A stretch of DNA of 62,631 nucleotides, counting the filler, from Choristocarpus tenellus KU-1152 (Eukaryota > Protista > Phaeophyceae), in assembly GCA_964200185.2 (NCBI GenBank). It is 8 parts of 8 records of this genome, joined end to end, with 100 filler letters (N's around TTAATTAATTAA, not from the genome) between each part and the next. Parts side by side here need not be neighbours in the genome. Positions count along the whole stretch, not along the records: positions 6,893 to 23,637 come from CAXNAD020000779.1; positions 23,738 to 35,089 come from CAXNAD020002375.1; 6 more parts are not named here. One strand, given 5' to 3'. Below the pieces are notes generated by a model. It was not told the DNA's origin. It saw only the letters and a list, made by a program, of their open reading frames with translations, and searched no databases. Positions 13,398 through 25,114 of this stretch are shown here, piece by piece. Made by a program: the position numbers and the translations under genes. Numbering within the stretch: the stretch's first letter is position 1; each line of letters opens with the position of its first letter.

Positions 13398-14391
13398 TTA
13401 ATCTTCCTCCGTGTTTCCTGCAATCGGCGTCCGTCCGCCATTAGTCTGCCTTTCCCCGATAAAGTCATCCTTGCCTAGGCCAGTCTCCACCATACTTGAT
13501 TCCACCGATGCTGCCAGATTATCACGATATGTCTGCACAAAAGAGTGGAGGAGCAATGATATGCCAAGGGATCGTGTTGATGAGTATATAGTGGAAGACA
13601 GAAGTAATATCAGGTCGAAATATGTGTCAAGTAGTTATGATCCAACAGGAGTTGCTTACATTTACCAGAGTCTACACATTACCACACCAATGCTTTGAAA
13701 GCAATGCGCCCAACACTGCTCCCACTGTGCCACACAATTCCTCACCGCTAGCATCTCGAGATTGTCCAAGTCATTCGAATCGAACTCCAGCTCATCGTCC
13801 CCAGTAAAGTTGAACATCTAGGAGTGAGGGAGAAAAGAGCAATGCTCAAGCGGTGAGCTGCTTAATGGGAGTTTCAAGGGACATAAACAGAGTTATTTTA
13901 AGACAGCGATAACATCCTACCGTTACCATTGTGTACTAGTCAACACACACCTCGTCGATGTCATCACCCTGTGCCTCCATTGCCTGCTTGAACGCCATCT
14001 CTTCATCATCCAGACCATGATTAACTGACGTATAGGCAATCTTTTTCTTGGAGAAGAGATGCTTAAACAACAAAAAAAATCCAAGGACCTAACCAAGTAC
14101 AGAACGGTATTGTAAGTGGAGGACGTCCCCATATCCTATTAAACAACAGCAAACACAGTACATGGTAGCTTTGAGGTGATAATACGAGCAGCAATTCAAA
14201 CTTTAAAAGAAATTTCTGTAACCGCTTTCATGATTAAAATAAAGGCGACTAGGGGAGCACAAAGGACCTGAACTACGCTGCCTCGTGCACCTTCGCAAGG
14301 CTCGCACGCTTGACGTCTTTTTCTCACTTACCCCCAAAACTGTGACGACTGTTAGCAATGCCACTACCAACGGACTCTGAATATGGCCCAT
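13398..14391 (-). CDS. Small hypothetical single-pass membrane protein with acidic tail, spliced
   Basis: Exons: MGHIQSPLVVALLTVVTVLG|gtaagt; IAYTSVNHGLDDEEMAFKQAMEAQGDDIDE|gt; MFNFTGDDELEFDSNDLDNLEMLA|gtgagg; TYRDNLAAS...GNTEED*. The last three join in phase 0 with canonical splice sites. One exon may be missing after the first. Confidence 0.65.
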
Positions 14392-14607
14392 ACTATTAAC
14401 GGCTAGCTATTGGAGGTCTATAACATCTGGACCTGATCCCAGGCCTCTGCAGTGTATGCTTTGCACTGTAGAGTGAGATTTCATAAACAAACATGGCTCT
14501 CGCCAAACTAAGGAACAAATCAAAAAGATAAGAACATAACGCCATATCAAGCTCCATGAACACTTTTGAAATGTAGACCTGATTAGTATCTCATTACTTT
14601 GTAAGAA

Positions 14608-15459
14608 ATGGAAGGAGGCCCCCCTTCAGCACATGTAGACCCCTTATCATCTCCCTTCTCTTCGATGGAAGGGAAGGCACGCGGGGTCGTGACTAAGGTC
14701 TGCTATTTCTTGATTCTTCCCGGTGCTCAAAAACCAAAAAGGGTTTGTAAACGGATGACCATTCCAGGATGATAGGTCCCTCAAGAAACTCTCAAACCCG
14801 CGTAACACTTTGATTCTCTTTTTCCTAATCGCCAGTCTCCTTTCGCTTGCACAGTTACTAGAGCAGATGCTTCAGGGAGAGAAGTACCAGGCATCTCGCA
14901 CACAGGAGTGGACTAACGCGATATGCTCTCAGACTGTGGCAGCCCTGCAAACGCTCAATGATACGTTTAAGTACACAGGTATGAACGAGGAAATCAAAAC
15001 CGCGATGTGTTTAGTGCCAGGAGTAGCTATATATATATATTGGTGTTGTTCTTCTTTGTCCACTTTGCCCTTTACGTCCTGCTGCGAAGGCGTGACTGCC
15101 ACTCGTGTGGAGTCGGCACCCTACCCAATCTGCAGGATGTACAAAGGAAGCAACTCCAGATACACAGCAATTGTTGCTGGATACTAGCACAGATCTGGAA
15201 ATAGTGATTTCTGCATAACTATGTTTGTGAAGCAGACATGTGGTTTGGTTGTGTACAAATCTCTCTCCACGTCTTTCGATCGATTCCAACTTTTGTCTAT
15301 GCTGCCACAGCAACCTGTGTTATCTTTCAGAAGACTGGAGGTGGAGTTCATACTGGCTCTGCCGCATGTTGGGAGCCTGAAAGAGATGGTTGCATCTTGG
15401 AGCGATGGGATAGCCCAACCATGACATGCATCATTACTGTATTTGCGTGTTCTTTGTAG
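14608..15459 (+). CDS. DYNLT1: Dynein light chain, Tctex-1 family (3 exons: 14608-14697, ~14855-14978, ~15313-15459)
   Basis: Spliced product ...ARGVVTK-LLEQMLQGEKYQASRTQEWTNAICSQTVAALQTLNDTFKYT-ATCVIFQKTGGGVHTGSAACWEPERDGCILERWDSPTMTCIITVFACSL* matches the Tctex-1 signature (FKY..TC.I.QK.G.G.H....CW....DG....W......CI..VF). Confidence 0.9.
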
Positions 15460-17448
15460 ACGGATGAGGAAAGGTGATGGGCCACGTGGGACAACTCTAC
15501 TTTTTCATAGGATAAGTTGCAATGGAGGCAACGGACGATGTAGTGTGCCCTTCCATCATTATATATGGAGAGTTGTGGTTGCCCCTATTGCTTTGCATAG
15601 TGAATCCATAATAATGACCAGTGGACCTTCAAGACTGCCAATATCTATCTTGAGATGGTATCTGACTAGAAATACAACCATTCATTGCAAATGGAGTAAT
15701 CTGTATTGCTGCAGTATGTATGTGAGGATTAAGTCCTAAGAATCAACAGTTAGATGGTAGGCAGCAAATAAATTTACAGGTCCCTTTTCCTTTTTCTTAA
15801 TAGTATTCCTAGAAACCTTTTGTCTTTTCATTGTCGGTTATGTTGGAAGAGCTGAGTCAGACTATTCAAAATTGAATGACATGGACGAGCGAATACAAGA
15901 GCGAATAGCAACAAACTTAAAATCAACTGAATGTTTCACTGTCCCCTACTTAATGTGAGCCATAAGCAATCTGTTGTCGTCCGAGCGTTTTTATTGGTCT
16001 GTGTATCACGATCTGTGTACAGGCTGCACACCAGATAATCTCTCCTACAGATTCAAGTATCACCCCGGTGGGTGGTAGTTATGTAGCTTGCTGCCTGTCA
16101 ATGGATCTATTATGTAGAGATCATTTTGAACAACTGTCATCTTATCGCTTGTCACCAATAATACACTTAGTACCATGAGAACTATCTGTGGCCCCAATAA
16201 CATTCTACATTCCGCCAACTTCCACTTCTGTAGCTGGCAACAGTCTCACACCAAACTATGATCACTACTTCCTAACTTCTATTTCACCAGTGGTGTACTT
16301 CATAGCCATGTGCACTCTAGCGAGGCATGCCTCAATAGCTAAGTGCACTATATACATTACGTTTTTCATTGCGCTGATCCAGACACACCTCTTGCAGAGT
16401 CAAGACCTTGCAATGGCAAGCAACCATGACCCCAAACCATAAAATTCATCGGCAAGGCTATGAGCATACTCCAATGAAGGTGGCCTCAACAAATAGTTTT
16501 GATAATGGCACCCTACTCATTTGCACCTATACAAGCACGTTGCTGGCTAAGAAAAATGAGGTATTGCACTCACTTAATACTAATATACACACCAGGAGTT
16601 TCCTACTTGGAGAAATATTAAAGAGGTGTAGGTGTTGTCATGCTCTCCCCTCAGCAGATGGCACACCAAACAAGTTGGCCATTCCTTGGATAATCTGTGC
16701 TTCAGCTCTCTGTCGCTATGATACCAAGCTGATCCAAGAAGCAGCGGGCAATGGGATTGGGCATGCAAGTTGGGGAAGGCACAAACAAAAAATGCCTTCC
16801 AGGACAAGTGAAGAACATGGTGTTCAACTAAAAGCAGACTTGAGCATAATCACCTTGAGTGGAAGGGTCACTGAAACATGCATTGGTACTAGTACAGATA
16901 GTGACAAGAAGTCTTGACTACCAGGGACATCACCCTCTATTGTTGAAATTTGCTGCATGTATCTTGGTATGGAAAAACACCCCTTCAAAACTTGAATTGG
17001 GAAAACTCAAGGGCAGTTGATCCAGAATATGATTCGGGCTGAAAATATTGAAGATGAACATATTGTGCCTTCTGTTGGGAATCGCAAAACATTCAACCCA
17101 GCCGATAGGTTTAACTGAAAAATATTCAAAATAGTAATCAAAACCTTACAATCAAATCTCCCATTGCTCGGTGTTTCCTCATGGCCACTTCGAGTACTAG
17201 GCTCATGCTATAATTCAATTTTTAAAACGCCAAACTGTTTCAAGGAGACTAGCGAAGCAATTATGAAAATATATGGAGTTTACAACTAAAAGTATTTCCA
17301 GGCCCTCAGAGCAGTACAAAAAGGTAGCTCCAAATACAGAGAAAACCAAGGAAGCATCTCTCATTCAAATATGTAATCTTTGCTCATAATTTTACCTTCC
17401 TTGTCACTCATGAACAGTCAGGCTAAAGTTTGAAAGGGAAAGTCTCAC

Positions 17449-20400
17449 CTCCCTGCCCTACTTGTCTCTTGCCGCCTTCTGTTTCCACGACTTCCTCCTC
17501 TTTCCCCATACCTGCCAGTCTTCCACTTTCCCCTGTGGGAGGCTGAGCTGTTTGTCTCCACACTACGTTGCACCTTGTACTTGACACCAAGGTCAGGCTG
17601 CTGCCAACCCACCACTTGAGATAGAGCCCTAGCCCTCTCCTCATGAATATCGTCCTGGCTGCGACCTGGAGACTGCCATCCCATGCTCTGCAGCCTTGAG
17701 GGGGAGGACCATCTGCAGACCCCCGAATTAGAAGCAGCCCAGTCATTAGCCATACCCTTAGCAACACCTTCCTTCTGGAAGCTCTGATTCATTGAGCGTT
17801 GCCATGGCTGCCACATTAATGCGGCAGGACGCCTCTCCAGTAGATGACAAGAGCTCTCCTTGAATAGAGGTCTTTCTCGCCTTGTCTGCATACTTGCCCC
17901 ATCATACCCTTCCGCTCTTGTGATGAAGGATTCTTCACGGTCGGATTGAGAACCGCTACAACTCAGGTCATTGCCTTGCACGGAAGATTCCACTTCTGAG
18001 CACATTTCCCTGCTGTGAGACTTCTCAGGCTTTTGCCAGGGAATGACACCTGAAGCTGTGATTGATCTTGAAGCTTCCTGCGTTGGAGCAGACCCCCCAT
18101 CACTGACCAAGGAAGGTACATTCCTTCTCATGCTTGATCTCCTTTCTTGACAAGGTTTCTCGGCTGTAGGTCTCCCAGACACAGCAGTCTGCTGGGCAGA
18201 GTGGCTAAAACCAGGGCTGCTGCCCAGGGTAGATCCCACACTCTCCACAACTATCTCCTTCCCTCTGTAATGCTTGTCCACTTGCTGCCATGGTGTAACA
18301 ATCCCTTGTGACGTATGAAAAGCTTCCTGACCAGCCCCACTAGCTACCACTTGTGAAGTCATGCTGCTCACCATCATTGTCAACCCAACATCCCTGGCAC
18401 GCTTGAGAGATTTTTTCTTATTTTCAGTAACCGATTCCTCCACTAGAGATTGTGGTTGAAATCTGCCATTGACAAGCTTGGCAGAAGTAGTTCCCAGATA
18501 AAAACCGGCATTCTCGGCAAGGTGGTCCACACTGTATTGATGTTGGCAGGATTGCCCCAATGAGGTTGGGACAACCTTCTTTTTGGCTAGTGGGCAAAAG
18601 TTACCCTCTGAATAAAAACTGTTTGCCATTCCATTCCCAGTCAGAGACTGCACGCCATGGCATGTTACTGGACTTTTCGAGCCACTGCTTTGCTCTTGGG
18701 AATGTTGACTGGGTGTTGTCGAGTCCTGGGGATGACTGTCACAAAAGGTGTCAAGGTTATCATCGCAGACTGGGACTCCTGCTCCATGGGAAGATATGAC
18801 CTCTGTCCTTGAACGATATCTCTCCACTAACTGTGAAGCTGCAATGGCTCCACTGGCCATTTGCTCGGAAGGACTCCAATCCCCGTGAGACCCACTTGCA
18901 CCTTCTGCTGTAGGTGCATTCAGCGGCTGTAACTGTCGCCCCAGCAACAAGGCACAGCCTGCACTCTTGCCACAATCTTGCCCATTCTCCACCAGGTCTA
19001 TTTCTGACTCCCTCGTTCTCATTCCCCCATCAACCACATGCTCAGACTGCCCTGCCTCTGTCTCTTTTTCCCATGACCCAATGCACACCATGCCCTTCTT
19101 AGAACGTTGTATCCGGCTTGGATAGTCTCCATCCACACCTTCTAGCTGGTGGTTGATGTCCCTAGGTGCAACCCTGCTGGCGCAGTCTCCTGTTTCTGCA
19201 TCTCCATTCTCAACTTCTTCACTACTTGTGCAGCAGTTGGGCTCATCCTTGACGTCCTCGTGGTCACATTCAGAGTTTGAAATACAGACTAATTCCCTCA
19301 TGCCCTGGCACCCTTGCGAAGCGACTTCATCTCCATGCTCATCACTGCCACCCACTGGAGGCTTACCAACCTTGGTCTGTCTTTGCACCCTCATCATCTT
19401 GTCAAATCTCATGAGAGCAGCAAAGTTAGCATCGTTTTCCATGAAGGAGCGGTGCTGATCACTGGCACAGTGCTGATGTGCGTGAGGATGGGTAAGGAAG
19501 AAGGCAAGGAGAAGGCTCATTGTATGCACATAATCCAAACTGCAGTGTAGCTAGAAAAAATGGGGATATCAAGAGAACCATGAGGCAGAAGAGCAATCCT
19601 GTCCTCTTTTGGGAACGCAGTCTAGGGCATGAAATAGTACTATGTGAAGATTGCAGAGTCTCACCTCTGCTTCTGTTTCAGTGAACCGAACTTTGCAACA
19701 CTCACACCAGCCGCCTCGCTTTGACCTCTGAGGAGGCACCATCCCTGATCGGGCTGGGAAATTTCTTGCCCTCAGTCGATCGCGCCTTTGCTTTTGTTTG
19801 GATACTTCCCGATCCCACTGCAATGAACACCACAAGAGGAGATTGGTTGGAACTTGGCAACTCTCAGACATGAGAGGGCACACCTCAAGATCAAAAGTGT
19901 GCAGGTTATGTTAGAGCAAATTAGAGAGCTGGAAAGCTTCAGTATAGACCAGTAGTACAAACATTACCAAATATGCTCACATCTGGTTCAGTTTGCAAGA
20001 AAGGTTCAGTAACCTAGAATGTTGAGAAGGGCTGGATATAAGCATCACTACCCACAGCTGTCTGTAGACACGATACATCACATACCTGCTCAACGGGTGT
20101 GAACGGGCATATTCCTGGAGGAGCATTGTTGTGGAGTATGCACTTACGGCGGAGCTCCGGTGGGAAAGACTGCCAACAAAAGAATGTGTTGGTGCAATAG
20201 TTAGAAAGTCAGTGCATAATAGTCTCTTGTTCTTAACACGAAACTTGTGATTGCATACTCCTGGAGGAGCATCGTTGTGGAGTATGCACCTATGGAGGAG
20301 CTCTGGTGGGAAAGATTGCCAACGTAAGAATGTGGTGTAATAGTTAGACAGTCAGTGCATAATAGCCTCTTATTCTTAACGCGAGACTTGCGATTGGACT

Positions 20401-21729
20401 TCACCTGTTGTTACCGTTGTATGGAAGAATCTGGACTTAATTTTAGTCGGGGGTAGGGAAAGATCAAATGTGCTGCCAATTGTGTAGCACTAGAAAGAAT
20501 ACTTGCCTGGACCTGGTCTGCCTCCAGTCCATCAAGGTCTTTGATAACCACACATGGGTGTTCTGGAGATCTAAACCTGTTCCTTGGTACAACCTTAGGC
20601 TCCCTAACCTCATGTTTCGCTCGTGGGAGGCCTTGCACCAGGTTCCGTCCCTGGCAGGGTTAGGGTTAAGGGCACAACAATTGGCAGTACAGGGTTAGCA
20701 AAAGTACCTGGTGCGTAAGTTTGAGGGAAACGAAGGTCATGATTGAATCCCACTTGGCAACCTCAAGAGGGCAATCCAAGGCTGCATTCTCTACTGTTGG
20801 AAAATCAGGAACATGGGCAAAAGAGTAGGGGTGGAGTTCTCTGGCTTCTCAAGGCGCACCTTGCTGACCTGGGCAGAACCTGGTTGTGCACACTCTAGAT
20901 CACCAAGCCACCGCTGGAATGCTACTCCAGTTTCCACACGAGCTTCAAGTTCGCGGGCTCTATCCTCTAGGGAGAGTACCCGGGCCCCGCTCTCAGACTG
21001 AGCTTGACATACCTGTGCAACCGAAATACCAATATGAAAAGGTGGCAACGTGGTGATCAACCTGATGATGAGTTCCGCACAGAGGCACAGTTCAAGCTAG
21101 GAAGAGGATAACACGCAATTAATTCTAAGATTTAAATTCTACATGCCCCATAAACTTGCCATTCTGTGGATGCGGTCTCGCCTGCGACCCATTGACCGCC
21201 CCCTGCTTTCCTTCATCTTCTTCGCTTTGTTGCATGTGACACACACTGTGACACCTTCTCCAAGGTAACTCCTGGTTCTGATGCCCATCTTGGCAGCCCT
21301 GATAGAGAGATCGTGAGCATCCTCCATGCTTGGGTCGATGTAGAAAATATCCTATCATCGTTAGTAGGAGAAATTGTTGGCGGCAATAAAACATACCTCG
21401 AAGTATTAGACTCCCTCGAAATTGAGGTTTGCCAGAGAGGAGCCAGCATCCCAACTTTAAAGGAAGTATGATTAATATCAAAATGAAAGCTAGTCGATTA
21501 CCGAAGCAAGAATTTAAGGTGGGTGCGCTTTTGATTTGCGCATTCAGGCTTAAGGACAGATGGTTGTGAAACATCTAAGTCTTGTCTTAAACGAGCACCA
21601 TCCCCATTCAATTCGCTCCTTCTCTAGCCTCACAGTCTTCCTGTTGATCAAGATATCCGAATATAAGTCTGAATCATGCTTCATCTCATCTTCCACGCCT
21701 GGTGCACCCATTTTGCCCACCTTGCCCAT
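17449..21729 (-). CDS. DBF4: DBF4/ASK-like regulatory subunit of CDC7 kinase (DDK), spliced; 3' end uncertain (may reach ~16640)
   Basis: BRCT-like motif N (AAKMGIRTRSYLGEGVTVCVT...RARELEARVETGVAFQRWL), motif M (HPCVVIKDLDG...SFPPEL...APPGICPF), and a DBF4-type zinc finger split by an intron (GWCECCKVRFTETEAE|HCASDQHRSFMENDANFAAL), followed by a long Ser-rich tail exon. Confidence 0.8.
20109..20397 (-). repeat. Tandem ~145-bp duplication of intron end plus the motif-M exon of DBF4
   Basis: Two copies of cctggaggagcat.gttgtggagtatgcac...gtcagtgcataatag. The transcript-upstream copy has GCAA in place of the GCAG acceptor and is truncated. Confidence 0.8.
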
Positions 21730-22116
21730 CTTTCCCTTTGGAAATTAACTGCCTTGCACACACCTAGTTTACAAGAGTCGTGTTGTTGACGGTATGACAA
21801 TTTCAAAAATTGAAAATATAAAAAATATCCTAGTCCAAGCAAGGTGGGAGAAAACTTTCCCCTTCGTCACATGATTAGAAAGTAGAGATTGGTGCACCCT
21901 CTCCAAAGTGACAGCAAAAAGATGCCTTCATGGACTTCGCGATGTGAGTAGTATCTATTAGCGGTTTGCCACAAAAGATTGGCTAGTACTATCCGACTGC
22001 TTCCATTCAATTCGATCTTTATCATTGATCTCAGTGTAAGTGAGCGACGGTGAAGGTCTCATGAAGGGATGATGATTTCTTCTGAGGGACAACCACCTGA
22101 ATGCCACAACAAAAAT

Positions 22117-22636
22117 ATGCCAAAAACCTCAGGGATAATGGCTTCGGTGGCTCTCCTAGCTTCTGTGGGGTGCACCTTGGCGTTCTCGATCTGTCCGCAT
22201 GTTGAAGTGAAGACACCAACAGGGTTAGGCTGGGCATTGTCTCACACCTCGACAGTTCGATGCGATGCTACCTCCTCAGAGACAGATATTCCAACATCAC
22301 GGCGGAGTGTTTTGGAAACATTTGGTGTAACGGTCTCATCCGCCGCCTTTGCTGCTGCAGCAAGTGCCAATGTGAGGGCGGTGTTGTGAGCGTGAGTTGA
22401 CAAGCTCCTCACTGGACAATGCTGTAGCAGTGATAGCTGCTGTTTAATCTTAGCGCACATTTGTCGCTTTGTGGCTCCATCCCTTCATTTTCAATATCCT
22501 GTATTAAAACATCGAGATTATTCCCTCGAATATATACTGAGCACTCGAATATACTGGGCTATGTATCCCTGTACAGGATGACCCAGGACTTACTGGGACC
22601 AAGGCTGATCCCAAGTTCCAGGCCTGCCTCTCACAG
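22117..22636 (+). CDS. Plastid thylakoid-lumen hypothetical protein (signal peptide, transit peptide, Tat signal), 5' part
   Basis: Exon 22117-22371: hydrophobic signal ending TLA-F (ASAFAP-like), then RRSVL...AAFAAAASA (twin-Arg Tat signal with A-x-A cleavage site). Exon 22577-22636 encodes DDPGLTGTKADPKFQACLSQ. The remainder was not located before the gap. Confidence 0.75.
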
Positions 22637-23469
22637 GTGAGGACAGGGATGATACTTTCATTTCTCTTCCATTATTCATACTCAAATTTTGTACACTACC
22701 CTGTCAGAGGCAGTTACGCTCAAGACGAACCTTATCTTTGTCTGCAGTCAGCTCACATTTACACAACTGCTATCTGTGTATGCATGTTGAATTGTGAGAG
22801 CCAGGTCCCTTTGAGGAGAAGGAAATGACATTGGATCTATCTTGTTCTGTTTTACTGATGTTATGCTTCTGTCGTGCAGAATTGGAGTGAAAGATTTCAG
22901 TAGAGGGAGGGGGGATTCTATATTTTGTATTTGCTCCCTCAACTTTTTGACAGTATTGAGATACCATTGTACTACTGCGGAGCCAAGAGTCGTTACAATA
23001 CTGCTGCCCCGGTAGCACAATGGTACCTCAAGATCTTGACAATGTGTCAGTCCTTGACTGGTGAAAATTATTCGAAAATGTTGTGATCGGGAGAATGGTG
23101 CAGGAGAAGAGAAATATGGACAATAACTCCTCACAATTTTTTTGTTTGAAGTGTAGGGCAGAAAAGAAGCCTTTTTTGGTTCAAGAAACATTTCTTTGGT
23201 TGATTCTGCAGCATCCAGAACATACACAAGAGGTGGTGCCTCTTTTTCAAAAGGATGCAGTATATTGGCAACCTTTCATGACGTAATATGTTTTGCTGGA
23301 TGCCTGCATGCCTAAGATTTCTGTTACAGAAGTGTTCGGGGTCTTTGGAAGTGAATACAAGAAGGTAAGTCTTGATTGAGGTGACTAAAAATTTGAATTG
23401 TGTGAGAGGCCCATACCTGACTAGAAATAATTTAACAGGAGACTGTTGTTGTCGTATGATTTTTGTGGT

Positions 23470-23637
23470 GACCCAAAGTATCTGGGGGGGGGGGGGTTCT
23501 ACACCAGGGTATCTATTTGGGCCAAACTCAGGAAAAGTGTATTTACATTCTCCATCCGACGTATGCAACCAAATCACCCAAAAAAAAAAAAAAAAAAAAA
23601 TTGACCCCAAATGGACAGCCGCCACCCCCTCCCAGAT
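23470..23637 (+). mobile_element. MITE family A copy (ends at contig break)
   Basis: gacccaaagtatctggggg...ctacaccagggt...caaatggacagccgccacccc.tcccagat, then the gap. Confidence 0.85.
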
Positions 23638-23789
23638 NNNNNNNNNNNNNNNNNNNNNNNNNNNNNNNNNNNNNNNNNNNNTTAATTAATTAANNNNNNN
23701 NNNNNNNNNNNNNNNNNNNNNNNNNNNNNNNNNNNNNTTTGTTGGGGGGGGGTGGGGGGTGAGTGGGGGGGTAGGTGGTGGAGGGTTCA

Positions 23790-24012
23790 AGGGGGGGGGG
23801 GGGTGACTGGAAATCAGTTACTAAGGGGTCGCACTGGTTGGTCATCTCATGGGGGGGTGACCGGAAATCAGCGACGAAGGGGTTGCACTGGTTTGTCATC
23901 TCATGAGGGGGGGGTGAATGGAGGTCAGTGATGAAAGGGGTTCTCACTGGTTGGTCATTAGAGTTGGGGGGTAAATAGGAAATCAGTGGTGAAAAGGTCG
24001 CACTGGGCTGGT
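23790..24012. repeat. Degenerate minisatellite, ~55-59 bp x4
   Basis: Unit gggggggtga..ggaaatcag...aaggggt.gcactggttggtcat, repeated four times. Confidence 0.8.
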
Positions 24013-24098
24013 GAGAAGAGGGGATACATGGGGAAAGAAAAGAACGGGGAAATGAGTGAATTGCAAACAAGGAATAAGATAAATTCCCTCTGCAGTAA

Positions 24099-24262
24099 GA
24101 CCCAAAGTATCAGGGGGGTGGGTCTACACCAGGATGTCCATTTGGGGTGATATCAGGAAAAGTGCATTTGCATTATCCATCGGACATATGCAACTAAATC
24201 ACCCAAAAATTGCGACATGAAAAGGTTGACCCCAAATGGACAGCCACCAGACAGTTTGAGCT
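24099..24262 (+). mobile_element. MITE family A copy
   Basis: gacccaaagtatc...ccagacagtttgagct, flanked by direct repeat GTAA (24095-24098 and 24263-24266). Confidence 0.8.
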
Positions 24263-24328
24263 GTAAATGTACCTGATGCACACTTAGATGTAATATGTTC
24301 AGAGTTGAAACCACCGACAGAGCACCGG

Positions 24329-24412
24329 CCCTTGCCAGCCAAGTTAACAAGCCTCTCCACGGAGGATAGACCCTTGCCAGCCAAGGTAACAAGCCTCTCC
24401 ACAGAGCATGGA
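24329..24412. repeat. 42-bp tandem duplication
   Basis: cccttgccagccaag.taacaagcctctccac x2. Confidence 0.8.
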
Positions 24413-25012
24413 CTACTTTCGTTGAGTATCTCATGAAAGAGCACTGAATTCACATCACATCATTCTTGACTATGCGATCAATGTCCTCCGTTACAACAGA
24501 ATAAATACATCAGTGCTTTGCAGCACAACCACATCTATTCACAAGACAGACTAGGCATTTTGCTCATTGGTGCTTTGCAACACAATGATTCCTCATCGCT
24601 CGTAGTTTACGCATTTTGCTCGTGAGTACTATGCATTCGATTCAGGTTTCAACAATCTTCCCGCTAACATCAAACACAGAGAACTTTCGAAGACCCTCGG
24701 AACACTTACCATTGAACGTTCACAAAGATGTGATATCACCAATCAGATCTGAGAAGCCATAAAAACCTTTCAGAAGATTTGATGACCGAGCGAGCTTTGG
24801 GTTTGCTGGAAACACCCCATCGTGACACACCTGGTGATTCTAAACACCGCCTAAGACTGATTGGGCCCTGCCTCATGACATCACACAGAAAACGGAGAAA
24901 GGGTGTAATAAAATCGAGGAAACAGACAAACACAGCAAAACTCCTATCCCTTGTACCTTACGTACTTCTTGAGCGTAAGGACACGAAGGTAGATAAATGC
25001 AGGCCTATAAAA

Positions 25013-25114
25013 TACATTATCCATCCGACTCACACAACCAAATCGCCAAAATATTGCGACATAGCAAAATGACCCCAAATGGACAGCCAACACCCCTTCC
25101 CAGACACTTTGACG
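25013..25114 (+). mobile_element. MITE family A, 3' half only
   Basis: cattatccatccgac...gaccccaaatggacagcc...cccagacactttgac. Confidence 0.7.

Noticed and set aside
23790-24012. Repeat array resembling CRISPR
   Set aside because: Whole units are homologous with no unique spacers, the context is eukaryotic, and there are no cas genes.
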